Shown piece by piece: positions 13,301 to 25,592 of a DNA stretch of 64,000 bases (position 1 is its first letter; each line of letters opens with the position of its first letter). A program made the translations under genes and the position numbers. Source of the DNA: Rotaria socialis (Eukaryota); NCBI GenBank assembly GCA_905331295.1, contig CAJNYD010000322.1:62001-126000 (forward strand), in the 5' to 3' direction. Under the pieces are notes generated by a model that searched no databases, was not told the origin of the DNA, and saw only the letters and a program-made list of their open reading frames with translations.

Positions 13301-14586
13301 ACAATTAATTCAATATCAAGTTTTAACAGATTCATTAAAACTTGGTAACGAAAACGTTTTTTTTCTCGTACAATTATAGTTCATCGGGATGAGTTGAATT
13401 ATCACTATTTGAACAAATAGATTTCGAGGTTGTTAATTTTGACATTGTTTTAATCATTATAATCGTTCACAGTTAAGAAATTTATGAATGAAAAATCATT
13501 TAATCAACGCATGATCTTTACTTTATAAAAACAAAGACAAACTTTTCAACGGATCGAAGTCAGTTTTTATCAGCAAGAAATAAATTATAAAATTTCAAAG
13601 TAATAATGAGCAGTAGGACTAAAAAACTAACAACTAAATTGACTAGATACAATGCAGATATATAAATACTAAGAATATCCATCCTCGTTTCTGTGCTAAT
13701 TTATTTTGTAGTTAAATTAGGATAAATGTACAATGGATTAAAATCAAATACTAGTCATGATGAAATTTGTTGAGGTTTTACCTAAGCCGTTTTGTTATGA
13801 TGCTATTTTTTTTATTAGAATTCAATTTGTACATCTAACAAATAATAATGAAATGGATTAAAATAAAAAACTATTACTTTAGAAAGAGTCAGTCTCTCAT
13901 CGATTAAATATCTTTTCTGTACTTATAGCGATTAAACTAAAGTCATTTTTTTAAATTCCTAACAATACAGTTTCTCCACCGATAAGAATAAGGCTTTTGA
14001 TATTCAAGGTTTCACATATTATAATCATTAGCAACAATCGGTCATTTTTATTAAGTCGGATTGTTTTGCTAGAGAAAAAGTCAGAAAAATGACAACTAAC
14101 AGTTGTATTTTCAATAATAAGCTGAAATAAAAATAATACACATAATTTTTGTTTTCTTTTGTAGCTTGTTTACTTCTTTCCCTTTCTAACAAACAACAAC
14201 CAACAACGCAAATAGCACTTGATATGCTAAAACGTCTAACAAATGCAAATGAAGAAATCGTCGAAATACTTCTTGGAAATAATTTTGTAGTAGAAGCTCT
14301 TCAATTTTGTATAGATCATTTACCAATAACACGCACATTGGCACGTAAACTTTTAGAATCAGCATTAAAATCTGATGAACTTTTATCATCCACAACGTCC
14401 AATCAAAAAATTCTGTTTTTTACTGTTTATTCATTTTTTGAAGAATATTTTCTACGAGCAACAACCATAAGTGCATTAGCTCAATCAGCAAATAGTGATG
14501 AACAAAAGGATGACCTTGAACTGTTCAAATCATTGTTTAATTTACATTTTCGTAATTCAGAAACAGATGTTGCTAATATTCAGTGA
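10345..14586 (+). CDS. RMC1: Regulator of MON1-CCZ1 (C18orf8/Mic1/bulli), 4 exons
   Basis: Exon 1 10345-10483 (MTNNQSGYFLKL...VFYDKDNQQLFCVRGSGAM, phase 1) joins exon 2 at 11526 (GVTVKG...FRLEDKGAIQSIKF). Later exons contain ALNVVDNLILIHHQ, ELYSSNWIVFLPNVIID, EYIRSL, LQQLIQYQVLTDS, ACLLLSL and ALDMLKRL (Mic1 domain). Confidence 0.9.
10529..11443 (+). CDS. SRRD: SRR1-domain protein, intronless, nested in RMC1 intron 1
   Basis: 304-aa ORF with SRR1-family motifs CYGLG, QYALL, YDP, YIPFC...NNLLYSNW, FGNS and AFN. Confidence 0.85.
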   Translation: MSYEQEENTDSFRFTRRKKQNRCIISNSIISENQLNLNQEQLIRNIENKIEMISSTYFWKQFESYFLEWINNQLTSIDILCYGLGHISSSISSQYQYALLKLLEKTFQTKIQTIYLYDPIWTKDEYKFLRNNNSFSKYEILKENNQAYQTTNCSSFIYIPFCSKPIHNNLLYSNWNRKNLKEILFFGNSLDKFANEIQFDQKKFFYIYQAASFAGEKSLPLFEHYTNAFNEQVLTSFDRTSVPIINEKEIVQLKREKIKKMIDNKNQLKKITIEQLSDEIWSLHIKPIYSTEDEIVVSSDCNKK

Positions 14587-14675
14587 TTAATTTTGTGTCT
14601 TTTATTTTATTAATTTGATGATCATATTTTGTTGATTGGTATTTATATTTCTTTTTGTTTCACTGTTCTCTTTTC

Positions 14676-15082
14676 GGTAAATTCCAGCTTCGCCGAATCT
14701 TTTTTTCGCCGACTCCAACTTCGCCGAATAAAAATCTTGACCGAAAAATATCGAATCAAATTTGATCCATTCTAGATATAGAATTTTATCCTAACTAACT
14801 ACTTTAANGTGGCTGGATTAATTAACCTTATCTGAGTTGGTAACCAAGTCAATTATATCTGTTGCCTTGTTCAAACAGATGCCAATACGTGTAGATGTGA
14901 GTGTGGGTGTGTGTTACCAAGTCAGATGGAGTTAATTAATCAAGTCACTATTAAAGTAGTTATTTATGATAAAACTCTATATCTAGAATGGATCAAATTT
15001 AATTCGATATTTTTCGGTCAAGATTTTTATTCGGCGAAGTTGGAGTCGGCGAAAAAAGGATTCGGCGAAGCTGTACTAATTC
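14676..15082. mobile_element. MITE with ~170-bp imperfect TIRs and 8-bp TSD (Merlin- or hAT-like, non-autonomous)
   Basis: cagcttcgccgaat...gatccattctagatataga on the left is mirrored by tctatatctagaatggatc...attcggcgaagctg on the right. The direct repeat ctcttttc flanks it at 14668-14675 and 15083-15090. Left end is GGTAA. Confidence 0.88.
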
Positions 15083-15093
15083 CTCTTTTCAAG

Positions 15094-15474
15094 ATGGACC
15101 GAAGTGATTTTAGATTACGTTCACTTTTACTTCAAGTTGATCGCGATTTGACTGATGTTGAACGTCAAAAATTTTGTTTTCTAATCGGTTGCGATGATGT
15201 GCCACGTCGATATCTTGATGCTATTGCTAAAGATAATTCAGCATCCATGACTAGTATATGGGAAACACTATTTGATCGACGAAAAATTACTGTTAATAAT
15301 GTAAATTATATTATTGAACGCCTCGACAAAATTCAGCGTCTCGATTTGGCTGAACTGCTAAGAAACTATTGTCCATTGCCTTTTTCATTGTCAACTGCAC
15401 CATCGACAGAAACCAAACATCAAACTGAACAGCGCACAAATATATCGGATCTTTTTTCTCGTATTGATCCGTAG
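15094..15474 (+). CDS. Small death effector domain (DED) protein, 126 aa
   Basis: MDRSDFRLRSLLLQVDRDLTDVERQKFCFL...LDKIQRLDLAELL carries the DED pattern with RxDL motif. The true ATG is at 15094; the longer ORF in the track runs back into the MITE. Confidence 0.75.
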   Translation: MDRSDFRLRSLLLQVDRDLTDVERQKFCFLIGCDDVPRRYLDAIAKDNSASMTSIWETLFDRRKITVNNVNYIIERLDKIQRLDLAELLRNYCPLPFSLSTAPSTETKHQTEQRTNISDLFSRIDP

Positions 15475-17213
15475 AAATTACCCGAACAGTTCATCTTGTT
15501 CTCGACAGTTTCATTTTGATTTTATGGTACTCTCCAGAACAGCAACGAGCTTTTGCTATTGTTTTTCATAGATAAAGCTACATGCAGAATGTTTTTCTTA
15601 GAAATGAAGAAATATATATCCTTACATTTATTTTGTTGTCTAAAACATTTTCAAATTCAATTTCTGTAGACGGAGAATTTCATGATATTTTGATTAAATT
15701 ATGATATTGCTTTATTGAAAATCGGAAAAAAAAACAATTTATTTGATTAACTCATTAGAATTTCTAAGTGTTTAATACAAGGCATCAATATGTACATATC
15801 TAATTCCTACTGGTACCATGTTAGAAATAGCATGGGAAATGATTGTTGAAAAATATTGCACAAGTCGATCGGATTTTTGTTCCTGATAGGTTTTTGTTGG
15901 GTGTTTGCATCATTGATCAGATAAATGGATTCAGTAAACAAGAAGGCTATTGATTACTCTTATAGATTGGCAATAATGCTACTGCCATTGACAAAAATTA
16001 GTACTCCGTATAATTAATTAAGTCTAATACAATCTATCTGAGAGTCTTCGACAGACGACACATCGAATTGTACAATTTGTCGTTACAAAAACAATGATGA
16101 ATCAACTACAGATGAAGATCTCAGTTTTAAATAAGATTTTTCAACTGTTCTCAATTGAAAAATGTTAACTCTCTCTCTATATATATATGTTATGTATGTG
16201 TTTGTTCAAAGCTATGGATTCATAGTTCACCACAAACTTTATTTATGATTGCGTCTCCAACTGTACTTTTATTCTTACCTACAACGGTGAAACTCTTTTT
16301 TTTCCTGACAGATCTATGCAATAAGCAAAGCTTTTGAAAATTTAATTCTCAATAAAACATGATTGATTTAATTTTTTCTATTATTTCGCGAAGTTCAAGT
16401 CTTCAACAGTTCTTCGTATGTCTCTAACATCGGCTAATATTTCACAATGTACATCAACTATATCTCAAACAGTTCTTATTCACTTAATCAGAAACATACT
16501 CCATTCAGTTTTCTTTTGTTACTTCTAAGCAGTGATAGTAAAATTGATATCAATTGTTTCCATGTACTTCTTATATTGTTGGTAACTGATTACATATTAA
16601 TATTTTATATGGCATCATTTAATTAAGATTTCTATACTATCGGCACGTCTTTAACTTGAAAATCATCTTCATGATCTTTCATTTAGTCTTATAACTACTA
16701 ACACTAGTAGAATAACATTCGAATGACTAAATTCAAGCATATATATATATATATTATAGATATAGATCAATTAAGGCATGCAGAAGATTACGCATAAATA
16801 GTTTGTGTAGGTTAAAATGATGGAAGAAACTAGTATATTTAGATCGTATGATTGCAAATTAAAATTATATATTATACTTGAAAGTTTTAATTTATGTAGC
16901 AGATATTCGAAATGTTCATAACAAAGTATATTGTTTCGGCCAGTACTTTGGTCAAATACATGTTTCTTCAGCGACGAAATCCTATTTAAAATATAACTGA
17001 TGTCTAACGTTTAGTTTTATAAAAATCATCAACAGTTTCTCTAGTAAGCTTGATTTGGTACATCACAGAATTGCAGATTCTTTTCTTTTTCTTCATAAAA
17101 AAAGAAAATACAAGTCATAGATGTTAGCTGTCATACAGCTGTAAATCAAAAAGCACACAGAGACGCGTGTAGTGATTAAATATAGCCGAAAATAAGTTCA
17201 TAATGAATGTATT

Positions 17214-17625
17214 CTATTCAGGTGCAATGTACAGCTTTGAACTACACGCGTTAGAACAGCATTTTTCTTTGCATGAACAATCTTTGTCAGCATCACAAAA
17301 ATCCACATCACATAAATACTAATCCGAATGATTATTCTGGGAAGCTGTGAGTGGACAAGTATCACGTTTCGGTGTATCATTTTTGGCATTGAAACATTGG
17401 TATCCACATGATGCTAGATGTGTATAACAATATTTCTTGTTGCCTGTACATATATCATTTGTAGGGAAACAGCTATTAACACAGGGTTTCTTATGGAAAA
17501 ACATATCCGTAGCCAGGGCTTACGAATGCCCTATTAGCAACTGCGAGAATCGACAAAAATATAAAAAATGTTGAATCATAAGCATACTAGTGTAAGAAGA
17601 AAAACAAAATGACGATTGATACCAT
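17214..17625 (-). pseudogene. Disrupted secreted double-WAP (four-disulfide core) protein
   Basis: Signal-like exon MVSIVILFFFL; PCVNSC...DICTGNKKYC...SCGYQC, then KRDTCP...[TAG]YLCDVDFCDADKDCSCKEKCCSNACSSK. In-frame stop at 17319-17321 and no frame-consistent splice of exon 1. Confidence 0.7.
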
Positions 17626-18961
17626 TTTTATATCGATGTGATAGTGATCCAAGAGTAAAAAGAAAACAGCAAAAACAAACGAATAAAATAAAAATAGGCA
17701 GCGACTACTAAAATCTAGTATTATGAAACGTTTGATGTAAGGAGAACGGAGAGTGTTGACGATAAAATTGTGTCACATAAAAGTACATTACTTATTGTAT
17801 AAACATTAATTTCGAATAAAATTATAAATAATACTAAAAATAAAATAAACAGTACAATTAATAACCCGTAGAAAAAATCAATGCATATTGATACCACAAT
17901 AAATATCTGGTACGATATAAGTCGTGATGCACGTATATAATCGAAGTAGTAGTAAAGAAAAGAACTATCCAAAACGCATGTAATTTTTGAAGATATTTTG
18001 AAAAAAGCAAACAGAGTTCAACATTCTTTTTTAAGTAGAAATATTTGGAAAAAGCGTGTTGTCTAAATTGTTTAATCTTCGAAAATAATAGTAACCAAGT
18101 CAATTTAAAATTCTTGCATAGCAAATCTGTACAAAAAGTTCTGAGACAGGCAGAACAAGTGTATCAAACGTATTATTGATTTCCTAAAACGAAAAGTTTT
18201 AAATACATACAAATTTAAAAGTTTGTTGTAATCATTTCTATCACATACGTATAGCATCAATGAAATGTAACTACTCAAATGAAGGTGGAATACTTCCCAC
18301 ACACCACTAAAAGTGCTTGAGACAAATGATCATGATTCATGGATTTCTAACTAGTATAATTTTCATTTTGCTCATATTTGAACAATTTCTATTGTTTCAA
18401 TGAATGATTCTATATATAATATGTAAATTTTTTCTTTTACTTAAAGATTGATCAATAATGAACTTTTCTAAAGGTATATGTTTGAACAGAGCAACATATT
18501 ATCAAACTAAAAAAGCCAAGATATTCAGCCTAATAATCTATAAAAAAACAAAGACCGTTGATAAGAAAATTCATTTCATATTCATTTTCTTTAATGAATT
18601 GTGACTAGACATTGTCGGCTTTTTCGCTCTGTTCTTGGCATTTGCCTAGATGCATTTTCTTCATGTTCATCGATAATCAAATAATCGAATTACAGAGACA
18701 ATTTAGGTTTTTTAAATTTACATCATGCATTTTAATATTTGCTTTGTGAGATTCTAGTTAATAAAATAAATGAACTTATAGTTTAGTCTGAAACGAATTC
18801 ATGGATTCATTTGAATTTGTTCTATATTCTACAATAATATAAAAGCAAATTGTAGAGTAGCACAAGATTATTTTGTTTTTCCGATTGTAACTCAGTTTTT
18901 CAGAGTTCAACACAATATATTAAAAATATGCAACGAAAACCAAAACTTTTATATTCTGACC

Positions 18962-19191
18962 TGTTAGGGTGATGTCGCAGGCTGACATCATCCCTATTTC
19001 ATGTAATCCTCTATCTTCTCTATCTTCTTTCATCTATTTTCATCTTTATTGGTACTATTTTTTCTTGCGTTCTATATACATCTAGATTATGTAATGTTTT
19101 GGTTTACATAATAATAAAGTTCGTGCATATAGATCATCAGCACATATATCTATATCGATAGGAGAAAGGAAGGGAGAGAGAAACCCTAACA
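18962..19191. mobile_element. Solo LTR (230 bp), TG...CA, 5-bp TSD
   Basis: Termini TGTTAGGGT...ACCCTAACA (perfect 9-bp inverted repeat); tgacc duplicated at 18957-18961 and 19192-19196; internal AATAAA at 19113-19118. Confidence 0.85.
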
Positions 19192-19302
19192 TGACCAATC
19201 TCAATTATTCTTCCTAGCAATTTTTCAACCTCTATGATGGCGTATTACATCTTTCTTTTATTCTTGAGACTTTTTAATTCTTAATCATAGATAAAAACTA
19301 CG

Positions 19303-20190
19303 ATGTCATCGTACTGGTGGTTGAAAGAACACAATGAAGGTTCGCTACTTCGAGTAGCAGTTTTTGAAGGTTTGTCGTTGACTGATGGAAATGTGGCATC
19401 CAGTGTTTCTCAAGTTGAATTGCAAGCAGAACGTGCCAGTCGTGAACACTCAGCTCATTTACTTGTTTTTCCTGAATTATTTCTATCAGGATATGGACTA
19501 AGTCACGAAGTCACTTTATCAGCTGCCCGATATATTATTCAAGAGAAAGTAATTCTTCGTCTGCAACACGTAGCAAGTCAATTTTCTATTGCTCTCTTAA
19601 TATGTTATCCAGAATTAGTCGATGAGAAATTATATAATTCAGCAACATTAATTAATGAACATGGCGAATTATTGCTTACATATCGAAAAACTCATTTATG
19701 GGCCAATAAAGAACGTCAATTATTTGTTGAAGGAGATCAACTATCACCTGTTGTTGACATAAGAGGTGTTCGAGTAGCGGTCATGATATGTTATGATATG
19801 GAGATTGGTGAAGTAGCACGTAGTTTAACTCTTCTCGGAGCTCAACTTATACTCGTACCCACTGCTTTAGCTGCGTCACCAGCAAATGAAAATATCACAC
19901 GTTTTATGGTATCAACTCGAGCTTTTGAGAACCATGTTTGGCTTGCCTACGCAAATTTAGCTCCACCTCAATTCGTTGGTCTCTCACAAATTGTTGGACC
20001 AGATGGTAATGAATTGTGTCGAGTTGAAAAGGATTCGCTCATAGTAGCTGATCTTATTCCTAAAAATTATTTACATGCAATACAAGGAACACCTTATTTA
20101 GCTGATCGTCGGCCGTGTCTTTATTCGACTATTGCTGATCAAAAATATCTCGTTAAATTACCGATCGATTATAAATATACGAATGACTAA
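19303..20190 (+). CDS. Nitrilase/carbon-nitrogen hydrolase superfamily amidase, intronless, bacterial-like
   Basis: Catalytic triad motifs VFPELFLSGY (E), YRKTHL (K) and ICYD (C); also GAQLILVPTA, TRAFEN, and LADRRP. Confidence 0.92.
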   Translation: MSSYWWLKEHNEGSLLRVAVFEGLSLTDGNVASSVSQVELQAERASREHSAHLLVFPELFLSGYGLSHEVTLSAARYIIQEKVILRLQHVASQFSIALLICYPELVDEKLYNSATLINEHGELLLTYRKTHLWANKERQLFVEGDQLSPVVDIRGVRVAVMICYDMEIGEVARSLTLLGAQLILVPTALAASPANENITRFMVSTRAFENHVWLAYANLAPPQFVGLSQIVGPDGNELCRVEKDSLIVADLIPKNYLHAIQGTPYLADRRPCLYSTIADQKYLVKLPIDYKYTND

Positions 20191-20896
20191 ATTAGATTCT
20201 TTTATTTTTTTAAGTAAATAATTTCCAATGATTGAATTTAAATCGCATTAGTTTGAGTTTTTTTCTAGTACTAGAAAAAGAAATTTCAGAAGATAGATGT
20301 AATTGATATTATTTCACATGTATATTTGAATTCGTATCAACAACAATACTTTTCTCAATACGAAAACAGTTTTTTAACAAGTCTGTTTAGTTAAATTTTG
20401 CGTTTTCAAGCTGATTTCATTGATGATTTAGTTGCATGTTAAGTCCAAGCATGAAATAAGATATTCATAGTCAAGCTATATAAAATTCATGTGAAATACT
20501 TAATTACACTCCTAATTATATATATTCAATGAAGTCTACACTATTTTCATTTCGCATTTGTTATATCATATTGGTTATAGTATGCTATTTCTTCTTCCTA
20601 GAAGTAAATTGCTATTTTTACATACATAATATTCTAACATGGAATTATTATTACTATTCTTAGATGTACCAAAATGTTAAGTGGTTATTGATAAATAGAA
20701 GAATAACAATAAATAAAAAAGAATGATAGACTACTTTCGTATGTCATATTCATACAAATGTAGATGATATTGTATTTTTATTCGCCATTTTACCTACTAA
20801 ATCAATTTTTTTAAACATAATATATACATTTTAGCCTAGAGTAGATTCTATAGTTGTCGAATGGCTTTTGGATCTTTTGTTTTCTATTATTTTCTA

Positions 20897-21715
20897 TTAG
20901 GTTCTGACTCGTAAAAGTCGACAAAAATCAGCTAAATTCATTACAGTTCCAGGTACATTTTTTGATTTCATGTCAATAAATTCATTGATATTATTTAATG
21001 ATTCTAATGAAAGAAAAATATTGTATTAGATGATATATGAGATGAAGAAAAATAACTTTACTTTCGTTAGAGATCGCTGGATATGATGGTGGTGATGCCA
21101 TGTATGTTATTTTATCTTCTTTAAGCATATGTGAACGATCTGATGCAAATGTATCAAGATATTCTTGAGCTGATATTACACGAAACAGGCTAAATGCACG
21201 AATTTAGACGATAAACAATTAATAGATATAGTAACACATTATTTTAATATTTACCGATGATACATATGCGCTATATTTGTTTCATCACGAATAGCTTGTT
21301 GAACATAATCGGTTGCAGATACAGGAAACGAAAGTGTAGAATCAAAGTCATAGATAGCAGTGGACGATGAAGATTTATCAATTAAGATGACATGATAATC
21401 CTTTAAAAATTTAAATCAATATTTATTTTCTTATTAAATAATATTTCAAACCCATATAGCAAGATGTTCACTATTGGAAGCAGATTTTTGTTCCCAAATC
21501 GGTATTATTCTTTGCGCATTAGAAATAAATACAGCATAGAGAGAATTCAAATGATTCGGATCATTATTTTTCCAACATTCACAAAGTTTCCAAATGTTTT
21601 CTTCACTGAAATTCAACTTAATATAGATCTAATATGAAAAATAAATCTTGTATTTTTTTTACCAATAGCACGATGTATACACACATTGCTCACGGTTAAC
21701 TACCCAAGTTTCCAT
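20897..21715 (-). CDS. NTAQ1: Protein N-terminal glutamine amidohydrolase (WDYHV1), 5 short exons, absent from the ORF track
   Basis: Spliced translation [26 protein letters not shown]...YAVFISN...PIWEQK...IW/DYHVIL...YDFDSTLSFP...FRVISAQEYLDTFASDRSHM...PPSYPAI...NINEFIDM; TAA at 20897-20899. Confidence 0.93.
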
Positions 21716-23367
21716 TGCAATCTATCTAAAATTCTGTTTGCTTTCTCGTCTAAAAATAAATTTTCACATGTTTATATTCTGATTTTAATGTAGAATTCGA
21801 AATTCTCATCTCTATTAATTTAATCATTTGATTCAATGTTACTTGTATTTCAGAAAGCTAAGCTTTATTTAAAAAAGAAATAAAATAATCTTTGATGTTT
21901 CTTTTTTTCGAGTAAAGTCTTGCATAAGCTATGATCACTTTTAACAATCTGAGATATTTGCATACTTAATTATGCGATCAACATGTAGAAAAAACGTGAG
22001 ACAAGTGTAGCACACGATATTTCTCAATTTATAATTCACTATTAACAATAAGAAGAAACTTCATAGTAATTAACAAAACGATGATCGTTGAATCTAAAAA
22101 ATTAAATGGAATAGTAATTACACGATTAATGATTCGTTTTTGTTAAGTTTGCGTTACGAATTATCTCATATTAATAACTCTTACGGATGTATAACGGATA
22201 ATAGTTTTATCTGAACTCAGCGAATACTTTGGTAGCATGATTGTTGTTGCACGATTTAAATGATCTCTTATTTTCATTTAAATTTCAAGGCAAAGGAAAC
22301 GATTTCGATCTATTTATTAATCGATATAGCGTCATATACAGAATGACTTAAAATAAATCAAGTAAGACTACATACTAGAGATCATATACAAGAATAAGTG
22401 ATGAATTGTTGTAATATTGCAGTTAGACATGAAGATAACAAGAAAATGGCATATGCAGAAACATTTTTTTATCTTTTTTATTCAATTGACGGCTTTTACA
22501 GAGTAATATATGGCTCACAATAAATATAGTTGATGTGTAAGCTAATCCAGAAAGAATAACTATTCATCTCATGCAATCAGTACGTTATCTGACTTCACAT
22601 GAAATTTATCTCAAAATAAATCATTAAATTATAAACAGAAAACAAAATTCTCTCTTAATTTTTATCAAGTACAGTAAGAAAATGAAGAAAATAGACAAAT
22701 TCTTTTCAACTATTTATTTTATAATTTTATCAAATCGATAGAAAAATATGCTTGTACATCACACAATCGATGCATTGAATAAACGATCTTAAGTCAAACA
22801 TTCATTATATAGCTCAAAAGTTGATCATCGATCAATTGAAAAATAGATGATAAGTATTGCATCGTATGTTAATTAACTCGAATATCAAATTCAATGCCTT
22901 GCTATCAATATGATTAAACTATGTCAACAATATAAATATATCTACATGTTTACAATTGAGATAAAGGAAGCAAACTAGCTATTATATCTTAGACACGATA
23001 ATGATTGTCATAACAGACATAGTTTGTAAGCTAATCTGGGTAATTTTTTGAAAATGTGAATAATTTGCATCGAAATGTATTCACAAAATTTTCATTAAAT
23101 TTTGGATTGTAATCTTCTTCTAGTAGACAATCTGTGCAATATTTAACTATCTCAAATAAAATAATATCTAGCAGAATCTTAATCAGCAATGATATCGATT
23201 ATAATAGAAGCAACTTCTTTTTTCTTTTGTATCTACAATAAGACGATGAGATGAAGAAAAAAAACATAATTAAATTCCATTTTTCATGCGAATGTGATGT
23301 GAACGAAAAAGAAGTTATATGTTTATACGAAAAATATTTGGAACAAAAAAATTCTTCAAATACTGTT

Positions 23368-25177
23368 TTATGTCGATGATTGTTCGTATAATGATAATGG
23401 AAAATGATCATGATTTTGACGCACGTGTTCATTCATCTCTTTCATTTGTCGTTGTAAATGTGGTTCCATTTTATCAAAAATATTTTCAAACATTGTTGTT
23501 ATAGGAGCTCGTTTAACTTTTTCACAATTGGCAAATGCTTCCATTACCTAAATAAATCAAAATATTCAATTCAACTAAGAATAATAATATATAATAAAAC
23601 AAACCATTTTTTGCGAATCTTTCATCCACTGTTCGTCTTTTTCTTCATTCCAACAGCCACGTTGGGACATAAATTTACGAAGACGTAATGTTGGATTATC
23701 TTTTTTATCACGTGAACGTACTTCATCAACCGATCGATAAGCTGAACTATCATCTGACGTTGAATGATGGCCGACTCTATTGTAATTATCATAAATTAGA
23801 TATCATGAATTAGAAAAAAAAGTTTCTTTTTTTTTTTTAGTTTGTACCTTAGTGTCATTGCTTCAATTAATACTGGTCGCATTTCATTGAGTGCTAATTC
23901 ACGAGCCGCTTTTGTTGCATTATAAACAGCAAATAGATCGTTTCCATCAACACGTATTGTTGCCATACCATAGCCTGGTCCTCGACTAGCAATGCCATCA
24001 CCTCGATATTGATCAACTGTTGTTGTTGATATAGCATAACCATTATTACGGCTAATTAAATTAAAATGAATATCACTTAAATAATTCTAATATAATTAAC
24101 TGACCAGAAAAAGAGTACAGGAACTTCGAGAGTTGCTGAAAAGTTTAAAGCAGCATGAGCATCGCCTTCACTTGCAGCACCTTCTCCAAAATAACAAACA
24201 ACACATAAACCATTTTGAGCTCTTCAAAAGAAAAGAAAAAAAAGAAAATTTGAAATCCATCAAATTTGAGCAATCATATACCTTTTGTATGCATAAGCAC
24301 TACCGACAGCCTGTGGCATTTGTGTTGCCAATGTCGATGATATAGTAACAAAACTTAAATCAGTTGAACCATAATGTACTGGCATTTGAATACCTTTGCA
24401 AGATGCACGAGCATTACCAAAACATTGATCAATAAATTCGTTTAGTTTAAAACCACGATACATAAGAACACCTAGAACAATAAGGAAAGAAACGTGATAT
24501 TTTTAATTTTAGAAGACATTCAACTATTGTTTTTATCTAACCAGCTTCTCGATATTGTCCATAAACAAGATCTTTTGGATTAAGAGCAGCAGCACTACCA
24601 ATATGTGTTGCTTCTTCACCAAAATTAGTCATATAAAATGAAATACGGCCTTGCCGTTGTGATTCATATAAAATCCGATCCAAAACATTCAGTAGAGTCA
24701 TATCTTTATACATTTTAACCAGATGTTCATCAGTGAACTAAATAAATAATATATATATATATATATATATACTGCTAATTAAGAAATCAAAATTGATTGC
24801 ACTATAATTTTATAGGATAATCTGCATGAAAAACAAGTAAAATTTAAAATTTTACGAGTTCTATTTACAAATATTATTGTAATTAATTCATTACTCACAT
24901 CCGGTGCATGATTTTGATCTTTAATAACTCCATCAGAGTCAAGAACTTGATAAATTGGAATAGGTGTTGCATTTTCTGGACGAATGAATTCTAATTTATT
25001 AGTAATCGCACCTTTTATATGTCCACTCATAAACGACATTTTTGATGCGTTCCCTTCGAAAGCAACATTCGATGCTCCTGTTGTTGTTGCTGAAGATTGG
25101 CATCGTTTACCAATTTGATTGCTAAGTGATCTACATAGACCATAGAGGGCTCGTGAATTGCTAGAGAATCGAAGCAT
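23368..25177 (-). CDS. BCKDHA: Branched-chain 2-oxoacid dehydrogenase E1 alpha, mitochondrial
   Basis: Mitochondrial presequence; [75 protein letters not shown]. Confidence 0.95.
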
Positions 25178-25592
25178 TCTTTTCTTTTCTTAATCTATAA
25201 TCAAATAATTACGATAATAAATTTTGTCAAATAAATCATTCTAGTTATATTTTTTTATAGTTTCGTTTTTCTTCATTTCAAAAACACGTTCAGTGCGAGA
25301 CAAGTACGAAAAAAAAGTAATATTTAATGACATTGTCGATATGACAACAAGAGGGAAATTACATGAAAATAAAATAAAATAAAATAAAATGAAATACAAT
25401 GAAATAAATAATTAAATGAATAGCTGTTTGGTTGTTCTATATAGATACTTGTTGTTAATGTAAAAGAGAATACACAATGTATTAATTCATTCAATAAATA
25501 AAGCTTTCATTTAAGATAAAACTGAAACATATACACGCATTACTGACAACATGTATACAAACATTTCTATAGAGTTCTTAAGCTCTTTTTTT

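Noticed and set aside
14911..15093. 5' extension of the 187-aa ORF in the track
   Set aside because: It lies inside the MITE; the real start is the ATG at 15094.
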